Shown: positions 34,556 to 48,930 of the stretch, piece after piece | Layout: every line of letters starts with the position of its first letter | How positions within the stretch are numbered: position 1 is the first letter of the stretch | Source: Chiloscyllium plagiosum | Lineage: Eukaryota | Length of the DNA: 64,000 nucleotides | Assembly: GCF_004010195.1 (NCBI RefSeq) | Contig: NC_057752.1 | Span: forward strand, 10,637,631-10,701,630 | Direction: 5' to 3' | Notes under the pieces: generated by a model | The model's input: only the letters and a program-made list of their open reading frames with translations | Told to the model about the DNA's origin: nothing | Databases searched by the model: none | Position numbers and translations under genes: made by a program

Positions 34556-37500
34556 CTGCTCAAAGAGAAAAAGGACAAAATAAACTAGTTGGTAATCTGT
34601 AAAGCCAAGACATTGAAACACAGTGTAGCACTTCTGCAAAATTCAGTAGGCACATCTTCAGGTTACAGGGCCCTGAGGTCATTGTGATGTGATGAACTTA
34701 TCAGAAGCTGTTTTAGATATTTTCTGATCAACCTGTTCAGAATTTTTGGTAATTGAACCCAGGCTTCCTGGTTCAGAAGAAGGGACACAAGAGGCCTCTT
34801 AGGCTGTTTGAGTTTGTTTCTGTCCAGAGATACTATTACACATCTCTGAATGGTCTTTTTTACCACCACAAAATCACCCATGTTTCTAATTAAAAGAACA
34901 ATTTACAAACATAGCTCATCAGGGATAGTACATCAACAAAAGTGAGGGAAAGATAGGACACAGGCCATTTTTTACATAGAGGGCAAGAGATGATGACATT
35001 CAAATTTACAAGTTTAAATGATTTATCTGACAATGCCACATTCTCATTTCCAAGTCACATATAAAACAGTTAGATGCTCTGCTGCAACAATGAACCTTGG
35101 TCCAAACCTAAGAAGAGCAATTGCATTTGCAACAACGTACACATTGCTGCATTATGTCCAACAACTGTTTATGTAATGTGGCAATCACAGAACAATCAAG
35201 TACAGATACATTGAGTAATTTCAGCGGTGGGTCCATGGTCACCACCTACCGACTGGAGACTGCCAATGGTACAGTTATTAACACTGCTGAGGTAGATTTT
35301 TTTTTGACTCACTTTTCTTCTCTCACATAATCAAAATGATCTGAGGAAAGAACGGTCTAGTTATTTTGCAATCCAACTTGTTCAGAGATGTCACGACATA
35401 CTTCTGGAGAAGGTAGGACTTGAACCCGGGTCTCCTGGCTCAGAGGTATGGACATCACCATTGCGTCACAAGAACTCTGTCTGTTCTACCCTCATTCTAC
35501 ATGATCATTATTATCAATATCAACTATTATCCCTTCTTAGTATGCCTGATCCTTTCCTTTTGTTTTGGACAGAAGTCTCCATGGGTCAAAATGTGTCTCT
35601 CCAAGCTTACCTCTGTCTCGTGTCATTACTTTAACCTAGATTACTCGCAGTCCACCTTCCCTTCCTGAATACCTGCTCTTGCTCACTGCATCCTAAAGAT
35701 GACTCCCAGCACCCTCTACCATGCCCATTAATTCTAAACATTAATGCTTTCTGGAGTTGTATTGGTTACTAACTTGCAATTGCTCACCATTGCTGTTGTC
35801 TTTTCTTTAAGAACTATTCTTACTCAATGACTTGCATTTCATATATTGCACTGTTACCATAATAAGACCAAAATATCAGTGACTCTAATTGGTTAATCTT
35901 GTACCACATTCGAAATAATGTATCTCCCAAATACTCACCTTCACAGATGTGTAGTCCAAGCTACTAACAATTATTCCCAATGCAAATCTCATTCTACTAA
36001 ATTCTGAAATGTTGACATATTGATATACATAGACCAGACAATTCCAGATGAATGCTAGCCTTTAGGTTGATGTATGGAGCACAGAAGTTGACAAATGCTG
36101 TCAGTACAACACAAGTCCATGTTGACAAAGCTGCTTTCTAAAAAAAACATTCATGGGATGCAGGTATTGCTGATTTGACCAGCATTTATCGCCTTTTTAA
36201 CCACTGCAGTCTATGTGGTGTAGATGCACCCATGGTGCTATTATGAAGAGATTTCCAAGATTTTGATCCAGTGGCAGTGAAAGAACAGTGATATAGTTCT
36301 CAGTCAGGAAGATGGCTGGCTTGGAAGGGAATGTGCAGGCAAGGGTATTCTCAAGCATCTAGCATCTTTTCAAAGATGCCAACAAAAGAACACAGGAACA
36401 GGAGTAGGCCATTCAGCCCCTTGAGCTTGTTCTGCCATTTAATTAGATCACGGACTTGTGGCCAAGCCTTTGGCCCATATCCCTGAATACCTTTGCTGAA
36501 CAAAACATCTCTCTGTTTTAAAGTTAACAGCCTTGTTTATTGCATAATGGATCAACTTTCCTTCATAAAACTTCAGGTCATGATCAATATCTCTAACTTT
36601 CACAAATAGCTGTTTCTGGACAATAAACTCAAGCCATTTTCATTTAATTCACCCACAAGCAAGATTCAAATTAGCATTGTTTGGAAACGGCCTAGTAAAT
36701 TTTTGAATGTGCATCACAAGAAATTTGGGTCCCACAAACTCCTTGTGCAATTGCAAATATTGAAATTAACATAATGGTATTGTGATGTAGACGGAGAGAT
36801 TTACATATCATTTATTGGAAGTTTGGATCTTTGAGTTAATAATGTGGGCTGTGTGTATGAAGATAATAATTAACTTGTAAATATTTCTGTAACCATGGTG
36901 ATTTCTTTAAGCCAATTGTTGAGGCCTAGCCTTAGGATTCATAGATCATTGGGCACATCATCGGGTTTTACAACTGAAGCAAACTCAAGGGAAACATCCA
37001 TTGATCAGTTTTTTAAAAAATGTTTTACTTTGAACAGTCCTGTGAAGACCTTGTATAAGCCAATGCTCCTGAGAAGTAAACAATATAGCGAAACTAGAAA
37101 CATTAAAGAGTTAATGTCAGTCCCAGACCAGAAATGTTGAGATAAAACTTTGAATATTTTACTTGATGCTGAGCACATTCAAGCTCAAGTGCACAAATTG
37201 CTCCAGGAAGAAGCTATCTGCAGTGCCAGTCTATAGGTTAAAGTCAAAAGTGACTGAAACATATCCCGGTATTAGAGACAGGGGCGCTAGTATGAGTACT
37301 GCATGAGTGGTGTTTTTAGTGTGCTTTGGGCTTTAAAGAAAAGTTAGTGTTTTCCTTTTCAATTTATAAAGGAGTGTTTGGGCATTAATAGAATTTCCAA
37401 CAAACACTAAAGTCTAATCCACATCCAACAGTCGGATTTTTAAAAACTACTTCTACGGGTATTCTGGTGTTCCTCCAGAAATTTTTTCTAGGATATATTG

Positions 37501-40500
37501 GTGCGTCACCTGTCAGTGCATTAAATATCTCCTCAGCTTTGAATAGGTTCTGGCACAAAACATCATCATATTCCATCACCCCAATCTCTCACTCATATAT
37601 TACAGTGTTTATTTTCAAACGGTTTTATTTATTCTATGGTCGATGGCTTGGACTCTGTGCATTGCTCAGGTCCCATCCAGATTGCTGGCCTTTCTTCAAC
37701 TTGTTCTTTCATATCAGTGAGCGTTTTAACTCCTCAATCAACCTCACCTACTCTCGCTGGTAATTTCACTCCACATGAATAACTTACTTCAGACAGTACA
37801 CCTGCAGTGCTCACAACATGTATTTCTTCCATGTCCAACTTCTCAATCATGACAATTCCTGAACAAGTAAACCTTTCTTTTTCAATTCTTAAAAGAACTG
37901 AGCTTAGTTCAATGTACCAAGTAAGTAGGTCAAATAAAATGAGAACTGTTGGTAAAACTACTGATGAAATCAGTTTCACATGAAGGCAGAATTCTACCTG
38001 CACTGGTAGCTTACAATGAGAGCCCCTTTCTGAAATTTGAAAGGGTCCCAGACAGGAAAACTTGCAAAAGACCACATTGGACAGAGTGTGCAATATCCAG
38101 TGAGGCAGTCAGTCCCCAAGAAAGGGGAAGTTATAGTAGTGGGTGAAAAATGGAATGATTGTGTACAATGACAAAACAGTGACCTGTGAGCAGCATGTTT
38201 CCCATTGTTACAGATGACATTTGAGGTTGAAGACTACTCTACAGTAAAAGTACAGGTTATGAGCTGATGATTTATTTAATGCAGTGAATTCAGGTCTCTT
38301 GTGCCCAGTTGCAAAATAGGTTTGCTCACAGTGAAATGCACTCTCTCTTTTGTGCACTTGTCTTGTGCACCTCTTCACTGGTTGTACACCTGCTTTGTCA
38401 GACTGTTTGAAGTATTAGCCTCAACAATTGCTGTTTTGCATAAATTACTGCCAAGCACAATTTTCTCAAAGGCAGCAAGAAACCATAAACAGGTGAAGGT
38501 ACTTAACTACGAGAAGATGATTTCCCAGCAGCATCAGCTGCCATGGATGCAGGGGATAGTCTAATTTAAAAGACATTCAGCCAGGTTGTTCCTGGCCATA
38601 GAACACAGACACTATGCAATGTGGTGTAATAAAGCCATCATGGCTGTCAGCTGTAAAAGAGCAGAATAATGTTTCTGTGCTCAGAAACCACCTAAACATG
38701 AAACTAATACAAATTCTGTTTATAAGGGTCATGGAATTGATATGCAATGCTCATGCCCTGCACATACATGTCACCAAGAGAATCCTGCCATTTAATGAAA
38801 GCCCTGTACAGCAGTCACAAAAACAATATTTTGGCATTTGTTTAATACAGGTATTCACTACAGGTTGCCAGTTGCGACAATTGTCTCTTGAGTGCAGCCT
38901 AGAAGGATCTGACAACATCAAAGCTTCACCACCGCAAGGATTCAATGAATGGATAACCCTACAGAGCGACTGTTTTGGAAACAGAGGCAAAGAAGCTGTA
39001 GTCCATGTGGAGTAGGTACACCAACAGCACTGCTCGGAAATTAGTTCCAGGATTTTGATCCCATAATGGTGAAGGTTAGGTGATATATTTCCAAGTCCAG
39101 ATGATGTGAGACTTGGAGGTGATGCGGTTTCCATGTGCCTATTGCTCTTGTTCCTCTTGGTAGTAGAGCGTCACAGGGTTTGGGAGGTCTCATCTGAAAC
39201 CATTCCAATGAGCTTCAAACCTGTCCCTCCTGCCTGTGTGACTCTGCAAACTTAGAATTTATATGCTAAACTTTATTGTTGCTCTGAAACTGAAACAAAC
39301 ATTAATTTTAAAAAGTGAGAAATGTGTTTCTTGAAGCCTTTTACATTACTAGGAACAAATATGTGCATCATTCTACAGCTGCACAATCAAATGTAAAAGT
39401 GGGCACTTTATTCCTTTACATTATTCAGTTTAAGGAAATATTTCAAAATATCAATACAGTACAATAAACTTTCTGACTGTGCGCGTTAGGTGTAGCAACC
39501 ATCAGTAGGTATCTTGCTGTGGAGTAGGAGAAAGCAGTCATAGTACAAAGATCTAAAATAATACACAACTCCCCAGAGATACATCATCAGGAGGAACAGT
39601 CAGCAACCTGGGATGAAGGAACAGTGTACAAGGAGGCGCAGAGTCACTGTGAACACTAAAACTGATATGCTACCTGGCCCATAAAGACCGTCAATCACCT
39701 GCACTGCACTACAGGGACAGGTCAGTCAGTATCAGCAAGAGCAAAAGTCATTGTTGTCTTGAACTTTACAATTGTTGAGGTTTTCCTGGCACCCACAGGG
39801 TCATCACAGGATTCAGCTATATTGGCATTTTTGTTGCATGCTTCCTTGCATACTTCCTCCTCCATATCCAGGCTGCTGTACTGTACCTACTTTGAGCTGT
39901 GAGATATTCTGCATACACAATGAAGAATTGCAAACTGAAAAATATTTTAAATGAATTATCTTTATTTTCTGAGGTGGTGTTATATATTTAATCTGCTCAT
40001 ATAATGTTTGTGCTTTGTCTGGTGTGAAACTCCTAATGCTGATTGCGCCTGTACCAAACCAATAAACAGCTCCCAGTCACAAAGTGACACTGGTGGATTG
40101 CTGTATAACCAACTGCTGCAGGGTACAGGAAACCCAGTATTCATACTGGTGATTAATTCTGTTGAACCTGCACCACTGCCAGGGCACTTCAACTACTACA
40201 ACAGCTGCAGAATCATTTTTTTTTCCCTTTAGCAGGGCTACATGGAAGTGCAGAAGTGTTAGTGATATGAATGCAGGAAATCTTCTGTGGTAGTCTATGC
40301 ATGGCACAGCTGGAGGGTATTTCCTTATGACATCGGCCCTCTTTATGAGGGGAGATCAGCGGGTATTGGGTGGGTGCACAATTAATGACTGCTTTTATCC
40401 AGATTCCAAGCTTATTGAATTTCATAATTGTTCTGAAAGACAAGGGAGCATTCACAACAGATGTCTCCACAGTGACTATACATAGTGAGCCCACCAATGC

Positions 40501-41984
40501 AAACAAACCTCACAAGTTCCATAAAGATACTCCTGTAGCAACAACTACTATTCCATGGTATCATTCAAGAAGGAGACAATAGTGCCAATTTGGGTGCTGA
40601 ACTCATTCATAATTCTCAGAGAGGATATGGTCCACTGGTGAACCAGTCTTCGTGTAAAAGGCACTCCACTGAAGTGTGGACCTCTATGCAATTTGGGAAG
40701 AGCATGCATACCCCAGGCCTTTGGCCTGTACCGGGCACCCCCTTTAAAATTCCCTCAGTGACTTGCCCTGTGCTTCCTCAGTACAACAAGCTACTTTTGC
40801 CATACTGAGTGCACTTCTGCTCATGTTTGGTTCAAGTAGAGATGTTAATGGTTGTTATTTGGTGAGTGGTGCTCTCCATTTTCAGTCGAAGGGTGAGTAG
40901 ATACTCATTGCTCTGTAAGAAGAACAGAGTACATGATGAAATCATTTACATATTTATCCAGTTAGGTACTAAATGGTCATAATCATCCTATTTTGCAGAA
41001 TCACTGGAGGTGGATAACAGGAATATCTTAATATACGGTACATACCACAAGATCTGTATTTTCCTTCAATCTCTACAAACCGCGTGCCTTCTAGCTTGCC
41101 CTGCTAAACAGAACTATAACAGTTTTCTCATGAGGAATGAGATATTTGATGTAAAAGGTAGCAGAGCCCCTGACAAGTTGCCACCGTTCATCGTACACAA
41201 ATATAACGTCTTAAAGTTAAGGTCGACTGGGGAGGAGTGTGCCAGCATATTCAGAGCATAGAAATTCCTATCTTCCCTAGTCTCTGCTTAACTAACTGTG
41301 TCAAGTTTTGTTCAGCCTGGTGAAGCAGCTTGAAAAAACTTTACTTAAAAGCACTATATAAATGCAAGATGTTGCTCTCAACATTGATGCAGTCCTGCAC
41401 TATGGGCTTTAGCCTTTCGCATTGGCTTCTCAATTGAAAGACTCACTCTGTATGGAACTCTTACATGCAGCACAGACAGAAGAGTTTCATCTCATCGTCT
41501 TAGATTGGATTTAAACCCCAATCCTGGAGGTGAATAGTCATCTTATAACAAGCCCAGTCACCTGCCAAGGGTGAACATTCTGTGAACAAGCGAGTTTAAT
41601 GAAGTAACACAATGCAAGTGAAAGCATCATAATGAGGACAGCTTTTAAGCACCTATAACAACTTTTCCACAACATAAGCCCCAATTCCAACTGGACTAGC
41701 GAACACCAGGAAGGGAGAAAGCAATTAAAAGGAACTGACAATCTTGCTTTGCCATCTTATTTGACCAGCTGCAATTTCTAATTGCAGGAGAGGCATGGTC
41801 AACTACTCAAAGGTGACCAGCTCCTTTTCAATTTGTAAATAAGGCTCTGATGACACAATGGCACTTGATCTGCCACTTTAACCTGGGCAGGAAAGCAGCG
41901 GTGGCTTCCCTGCTTATTCAAGCCTACTAGGAACAAGGGTCAGAAGAGACTCAATTAAGATAAGTTTTACAAAAAAAAAAGTTT

Positions 41985-42080
41985 CTTATGGCAAAGTGGT
42001 AGTGTCGCTACCTCTGGGCCAGATGTTTTGGGTTCAAGTCCCACATGTCATGGAGGTGTGTCGAACAGGTTGATTAACAT
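41985..42080 (+). mobile_element. Short tRNA-derived SINE (related copies about 34710-34800 -, 35365-35480 -, 52396-52460 +, 53712-53810 +, 53830-53935 +)
   Basis: 'gtggtagtgtc.ctacctctg...gggttcaagtcccac...gaggtgtgtc...aacaggttgatt' with A/B-box-like motifs. Confidence 0.6.
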
Positions 42081-42441
42081 AAAGACAATGTGAAGAATTC
42101 TTGTGCGTCAGGAGGAACAGGATTTGCCATCATCTTTGGACAACTATTTGACCTGATAGAGTATCATAGCCAGCCCAATTCTATTCTTATTCAGTTATCC
42201 ATTCAAATACAATTTCCCACAGCAGGCACAGAATAAGATCATGGGCAGGAACTGTGGCTAATATTCCCCTCTCCAGCCAAGGAAACCAGAGGCACATGGT
42301 AGCACTATCTCTGCAGCCGAAGCGAGCACACTAAAGAATAAACCACGAACATTCTTGGTCTGTTCATCTGCAGTACCACCCTAGATAATACTTTTATTCA
42401 CTTAAGCCACCAGGAAATTCTGTTTAATGACTAATTAATAC

Positions 42442-42672
42442 CTGCTGAGGAGGCTGTATGTAACCCTGAGGCTGAAGCACCTGCTGAGCTGTGGGATGTC
42501 CGGATGTCGAATAGGGAGATGCAGAGAGAGACTGCCCCGGCGAAGCTATGATGTAACCAGGCTGCTGGGATATCACTGGGGCTTGAAATACAGCAGAGGT
42601 AGTCTCGGGAGCTTCAGTAGAACCTTGGCGGCTGAGGGTCATCTGCCCGAACTGGTTGCCAAGATCTTCAGG
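42442..42672 (-). CDS. R3HDM2: R3HDM2 internal exon (231 nt, 77 codons): PEDLGNQFGQMTLSRQGSTEAPETTSAVFQAPVISQQPGYIIASPGQSLSASPYSTSGHPTAQQVLQPQGYIQPPQQ
   Basis: Acceptor ...tttttatatgcaaactag| and donor CAG|gtatta. 'FGQMTLSRQGSTEA' and 'QQVL.PQGY.QPPQQ' match remembered R3HDM2 (FGQMSLSRQGSTEA...QQVLPPQGYMQPPQQ) better than the paralogues. Confidence 0.92.
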
Positions 42673-44302
42673 CTAGTTTGCATATAAAAATAGAATTACC
42701 CAAACTTCATCTTCACAATTCAAGCAACAAAACTAATTCTGTAAACTGTCAAACACAATTAATTTTTGATTACGTTGGTCCTCGTAATTTTGCACAAAGT
42801 ACACATATTGATGGAAACATAGAGATAGAATTGTCATCGACAAATGACACATGAATAATAAAAGGTGGTGCTGGAGGGATAAGCTACACATTCTGTTACC
42901 CCCCCCTAACAATTACATATTCGGTTTGAACACAAATTAAGTTTTTAGTTCAGATATATGTTGCTTTTTTAAGCACTGGGACAATTGAATGTTGAAGACA
43001 ATGAAAGGGAAGAAGTGCTCAGAAGCAGAATGTTATGTCACAAAGACCATTTAGCCTATCGATGGGCTGGAATTCCAAAAACAGTTATCCACCTCATGCC
43101 ATTCTTTTGCACATTCCATACACCCTTCCCACTGTTTCTTTATTTCCCAGTCTGATTCACTTCCCTTAAGATAATGTGAATTCTACTTCTATCACCGATT
43201 CTGGTTTGGCGTTCTGTTTTTGAACAGCTTTTGTTTTTGAACAAGTGTCATAGCTTCTCCCCTTGTCATTTTGGTGATGATCTTATATTTATGTCCTCTG
43301 GTTGCTGACTCACTAAATAATATTTTTTTCTTTACTTATTTCACAGTTCTTTATAATTTTGGACATCCAAATGTCTCTCTTAGCCTTAGCTGTTTTACTA
43401 AAAGGGGTCACAGTTTCTCTAATCTCTGCTCATATCTTAAATCCTTTCATTCCTGGTGTCATTCTCAATAAGTGCCTTCTGCACCTACTCAAAGATCTTG
43501 ATAACCATCCTAATGTGGGGAACCCCAAACAAACAAGCACTTGGAATTTACTTAGGGGCCCTTCTGATCTCCTGCTATAATTTTGAAACGTCAGAGAAGT
43601 AGCTTGACTAAAAATATCTAGTAATGCTGACTCTCCAGTTATTCCCAAAGCTACAAACCAGGACATCACAAGAATGGTGTAGAAATTCTCTGCAAATAAT
43701 TGAACTGCATCCTAATATAGACCTATCATTACTGTCTTGTTTTCATACTCGCCCCATTTGGATCACCCTTGTGTGCTTACATGTGTTTACAGATTTATCA
43801 GCCTGTCATCTCACTTTTACAGGTCTGTGCATATGAACCTTGCAGGATCTCTACTCCAATTGAAGTTTGATCAAGTAGCGTATTCTTCTCAAAATGTCTT
43901 CACTAAAACCCAAATGTTTCAAATTCTGGTGCCTCGAGTGACCTTGTGCGCTGCGCAGCCAAGATGCAGATTTTTTTTTGCAGAATCCACAATAAGGTGC
44001 TTGTATGACAGAAAGGGTGTGGATGCAGTGCCCCTCATTTTGCCAAGAGAAAGCTCTGCACAATTAGTTAACTGGCATACAAACATATTTGCATTCCTCA
44101 ATGGTCTGCCACTTTCCAAACAAAATGGGAGCGAAATTCAGCTTGATATGCTGTGGGGAAATCACATGCTGAGAACACACATGAAAATGCTGCAAAATGG
44201 TGGGATGCACATAATTTCCACTTGTCAGATTGATCAATTATTCCACTAATCACTTCAAATAACAAAGAGGAACCAACAAGGAAATAGACACAAGCAGCCT
44301 CT

Positions 44303-47300
44303 CAGGTTGTAAGTTTGCTCGCTGAGCTGGCAGGTTTGTTTTCAGACGTTTCATATCCATTTTAGGTAACATCATCAATGAGCCTCCGGTGAAGCGCTGG
44401 TGTTATGTCCCTTTCTATTTGTGTATCTTGATCTCTTAAGGTGGGTGATATCATTTGCGGCTATTTTGCTCAGAGGGTGGTAGATGGGGTCCAAATCGAT
44501 GTGTTTATTGATGGAGTTCCGGTTAGAATGCCAGGCCTCTAGGAATTCCCGTGCGTGTCTTGGTTTAGCCTGTCCTGGTATGGATGTGTTGTCCCAGTCA
44601 AAGTGGTGTCCTTCTTTGTCTGTATGTAAGGAAACTATTGATAGCAGGTCATGTCTTTTTGTGGCTAGTTAGTGTTCATGTATTCTGGGGGCTAGTTTCC
44701 TGCCTGTCTGTCCGACATATTGTTCGCTACAGTCCTTGCACGGTATTTTGTAAATGACATTCGTTTTGCCGTTGTTTGTGTAAGGGTCCTTTAGGTTCAT
44801 CAGCCGCTATTTAAGTGTTTTGATAGGTTTGTGGGCTACCATGATGCCAAGGGGTCTGAGTAGTCTGGAAGTCATTTCAGAGAGGTCTTTGATGTATGGT
44901 AATGTGGCTAGGGTTTCTGGGTGCGTTGTGTCTGCTTGTTTGGGTTTGTTGTTGAGAAGTCGGTGGACTGCGTATATTGGGTACCTGTTCTTCTTGAATA
45001 TGCGGTGTAGACAGTTTTCTTCTGCTGTTCGTAGTTCCTGGGTGCTGCAGTGTGTTGTGGCCTGTTGAAAATAATGTCCTGATGCAGTTTTGTTTGTGGG
45101 TGTTGGGATGTCTGTGTGTGTTGTTTTCCTTTAACGCTGGTGTGAAGTTCTCCATTAACTGTTCGTTCTACTGGGACATGTAGGAATGGGAGTCTGTTGT
45201 CGTTCTTCTCGTCTCTTGTGAAATTTATGCCAGTAAGGAGATTGTTGATGGTGTTGTAGGTTTCCTCTAATTTGTTCCGTTTTGTGATGATAAAAGGTTT
45301 CAACCGTGTAGCAGACCCAAAGTTTGGGTTGGGTAGCTGGGAGGGCTGTTTGTTCGAGTCTCTGCATTACTGTTTCTGCTATGAACCTGGACATTGGTGA
45401 TCCCATGGGTGTTCCGTTGATGTGTTGGGCGGTTATTGAATGTGAAGTGGGTGGTGAGGCACAGGTCCACTAGCTTGAGGATGTTACCTTTGCTGATGAA
45501 GTTGCTGCTGTCTGGTGTTTGTGTCCTTGGTTCATCTAGTAGTGCAGTCAGTGTTTCTTTGGCCAGGTTGATGTTAATTGATGTATCAAAGGAGACCATT
45601 ATTTTGTCCTCTTCTATCTTGGTGTCTTTGATGGTGTTCAGGAATTCTTGGGTGAAGCGAATGGAGTGGCACGAGTCTTCTACCAGGTTTTTCAGTTTTC
45701 AGTGGAGTTCCTTGGCTAGGCAAAAGTGAGGACTGCAGATGCTGGAGATCAGAGTTGAGAGTGCGGTGCTGGAAAAGCACAGCAGGTCAGGCAGCATCCA
45801 AGGAGCAGGAGAATCGACGTTTCAGGCATAAGCCCTTAATCAGGAATGAGGCTTCTGAGCCAAGGGGATAGAAAGATAAATGGGATCGGGGTGGGGCTGC
45901 GGGGGGAGAAGGTAGCTGAAAGTGCAATAGGTGGATGGAGGTGGGGGTAAAGGTGATAGCTCAGAGAGGAGGGTGGAGCGGATAGGTGGGAAAGAAGATA
46001 GACAGGTAGGACAGGTCATGAGGGTGGTGCTGAGTTAGAAGGTTGGATCTGGGATAAGGTTGGGGAGTGGAAATGAGCAAACTGGTAAAGTCCACATTAA
46101 TGCCATGTGGTTGGCGGGTCCCAAGGCGGAAGATGAGGCGTTCCTCCTCCAGGTGGTTGGGATTTGGCAATGGAGGAGGCCCAGCACCTGCATGTCCTTG
46201 GTGGAGTGGGAGGGGGAGTTAAAGTGTTTAGCCACGGGGCAGTGGGGTTGCTTTGAACGTGTGTCCCGGCGAAACAGAATGCTCTCTGAAGCGTTCTGCA
46301 AGGAGGCAGAGACCGCATCGGGAGCAATGGATACAGTAAATGATGTGTGGACGTAGAAAGCTCCTTTGGGGCCTTGGACAGAGGTGAGGGGGAAAGTTTG
46401 GGCGCAGGTTGTGCAATTCTTGCCGTGGCAGAGCAAGGTACCAGGAGGGGAGGGTGGGTTGGTGGTGTATGTGGATGGGGGTGGACCTGACAAGAGAGTC
46501 ACGGAGGGAATGGTCTGTACGGAATGCAGATAGAGGTGGGGAGGGAAATATATCTCTGGTGGTGGGGTCCGTTTGTAGGTGGTGGAGGATGATATGACGT
46601 ATCCGGAGGTTGGTGGAAGGTTAGTTCCTTGGCTAGTCTGTACATCAGTGTTCCGGGTAGTGAGACTGTGGGTCTGAGGAGGGGCGGGGGGGGGGGGGCC
46701 TGGTTCGTGTACTTTCGGTAGTCCATAGAAGCGGGGTGTCTTGGATCCATCTGGCTTCATCATCTGTCTCATTTATTTGCCTGGATTTATGAAATCTTTT
46801 AAATATGGATATAACACTGTTTTCCAGTTGTCGAGTCAGCTCTATCACCACCTGTTGGTAAGTGTCGGTATCTGTGAGCAGTGAGTTCGCTTTTTCAATG
46901 TACTCTGTTCCATTTAGAATGACGGTCATGCTCCCTTTGTCTGCAGGTAGGATTACAAGGTTTTTGTTTTTTTTGAGTCTTTCTAGGGCTTTCCTTTCCT
47001 GTGTGTTGAGGGTGTTTCCTTCCTTTTTCCTGCTTAATGTTGGCACAACTGTCTATCTGATGGTCTGCTGGGTTTCTTCTGAGAGTCCTTTGTCCTTCAG
47101 GGTAAACTTTAATGCTGCTCGGAAGCCCTTTCTGTCCATGTCTCTGCAATTGTAGTTTAACCCTGTTAAGAGGACGGCTTTTTCCGTATCTGTTAGTAGT
47201 CAGTCCAATAGGTTTTTGACCCAAGCCTTGGTGTTGGCTGTGTTGTTCTTTTGTGAGAGCTTGTCCAGTTTTTCCTGTAGGGCTAGATTATTTTCTTTTT

Positions 47301-47705
47301 TTGTGTGTCTGCTATTGTTTGATGCTTATGTTCATTCTAATGTGTCTGTCTATTCATGGTCTATCACGTAAGTATATAAAGCTTTTTGGCGCAAAATATC
47401 CCAAATGTATTTGTGGAGTCAGTTGTGGGCACCGTGAATCATTTCTCTCAACGTTCTGCAGCTGTTCTGTTCTGCTATTCTCTTGGCTAGTGGGGTGTTG
47501 AGCCCCACTAGGAAATGTTATCACCCACCTTAAGAGAGCAAGACACATAAGTAGAAAGAGGGACATGACACCCGTGCTTCACTGGAGGCTCACTGATGTC
47601 ACCTAGTATAATGACGAAATGTCTGAAAACAAACCTTTTTTCAGCGCAGCGAGCAAACTTATACCTCAGGTTGAGGTTCAGGTTGTAAGTCTTCTTGAAA
47701 ACCAA
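44303..47705 (-). mobile_element. Poseidon-like Penelope element (RT plus GIY-YIG) with inverted terminal pLTRs, interrupted by a second Penelope
   Basis: 'LVILPADKG..TVILN', 'TPRFYGLPKVH', 'MVSFD', 'LCLTTHFTFN', 'MGSPMS' and 'NVIYKIPCKDCSEQYVGQTGRKL'. 44305-44460 is the reverse complement of about 47510-47665. 11-bp TSD AAGCAGCCTCT at 44292-44302 and 47706-47716. Confidence 0.9.
45720..46622 (-). mobile_element. Penelope fragment (GIY-YIG plus pLTR) of the 10365 family, nested in the Poseidon-like element
   Basis: 'IIYCIHCSRCGL..LAERFREH', 'PVAKHFNSPSHSTKDMQVLGL' and 'LEEERLIFRLGT.QPHGINVDF'. 14-bp TSD AGTTCCTTGGCTAG at 45706-45719 and 46623-46636. Confidence 0.9.
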
Positions 47706-47744
47706 AAGCAGCCTCTGCCTGTTGATATACAGGAATGACCAGTG

Positions 47745-48365
47745 TTATAGAGTCATAGAGATGAACAGCATGGAAACGGACCCTTCGGTCCAACTCATCC
47801 ATGCTGACCAGATATCCCAACTCAATCTAGTCCCATCTGCCAGCACCTGGCCCCATATCCCTCCAAACCCTTCCCATTCATATACCCATCCAAATGCCTC
47901 TTAAATGTTGCAATTGTACCAGCCTTCACCACATCCTCTGGCAGCTTAATCCATACACGTACCACTCTCTGTGTGAAAAAGTTGCCCCTTATCTCTTTTA
48001 TATCTTTCCCCTCTCACCCTAAACCTAAGCCCTCTAGTTCTGGACTCCCCCACCCCAGGGAAAATACTTTATTTATCCTGTCCATGCCCCTCTTGATCTT
48101 ATAAACCTCAATAAGGTCTCCCCTCAGCCTCCGATGCTCCATGGAAAACAGCCCCAGCCTATTCAGCCTCTTCTTATAGCTCAAATCCTCCAACCCTGGC
48201 AACATCCTTGTAAATCTTTTCTGAACCCTTTCAAGTTTCACAACATCTTTCCAATAAGGAGACCAGAATTGCACGCAATATTCCAACAGTGGTCTAACCA
48301 ATGCCCTGTATAGCCTCAACATGACCTCCCAACTCCTGTACTCAATTCTCTGACCACAAAAGAAA
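47745..48365 (-). mobile_element. CR1 3' fragment
   Basis: ORF 48014..48322 reads 'LYRALVRPLLEYCVQFWSP...RRLRGDLIEVYKI'. Tail ctctatgactctat. Confidence 0.92.
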
Positions 48366-48687
48366 GCAGATGTTGTTAAAAAATAGACAACAGCTTATAT
48401 TTACACAGCCCCTTTAACATAGGGAAACATTTCATGAGCACGCTCAGGTGGTGGTTTAGCAGATTAACAGTTGCAGTGATTATTTCTCAACTATAGTTTC
48501 TTTTAACAACTTTACTATCTTGTGGTATGTTATTCTCCTGTGACAACCACACAGTGAAAAGCAGCGTTTTATTGATTCAGAAATGTGAACTTTGCTGGAG
48601 ACCTCTGGTTAAGCAATTTCCACTGCTCCGATCTCAGTTGCATATTGGAATCAAAAAGATTGCTACTGCCATTAAATCTAATATTCT

Positions 48688-48930
48688 TAGATTAGATTAC
48701 TTTAGTGTGGAAACAGGCCCTTCGGCCCAACAAGTACACACCGACCCGCCGAAGTGCAAACCACCCATACCCCTAACCTAACACTACGGACAATTTAACA
48801 TAGCCAATTCACCTGACTTGCACATCTTTGTGACTGTGGGAGGAAACCGGAGCACCCGGAGGAAACCCACGCAGACACGGGGAGAATGTGCAAACTCCAC
48901 ACAGTCAGTGCTAACCACTGTGCCGCCCAC
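48688..48930 (-). mobile_element. HE1-like SINE (internally deleted)
   Basis: V-domain 'gtggagtttgcacattctccccgtgtctgcgtgggtttcctccgggtgctccggtttcctcccac' on the minus strand. Confidence 0.9.

Noticed and set aside
37385..37760. Minus-strand peptides 'VKTLTDMKEQVEERPAIWMG' and 'KAEEIFNALTGDAPIYPRK' vaguely recall the N- and C-termini of GyrB/type II topoisomerase
   Set aside because: Short, low-identity resemblance with stops between. The two ends of a several-hundred-residue protein would not sit about 150 bp apart. A significant BLASTX or HMM hit would be needed.
39770..40900. Cluster of short ORFs on both strands
   Set aside because: No recognisable domain or exon structure. Probably ancient TE debris or random ORFs.
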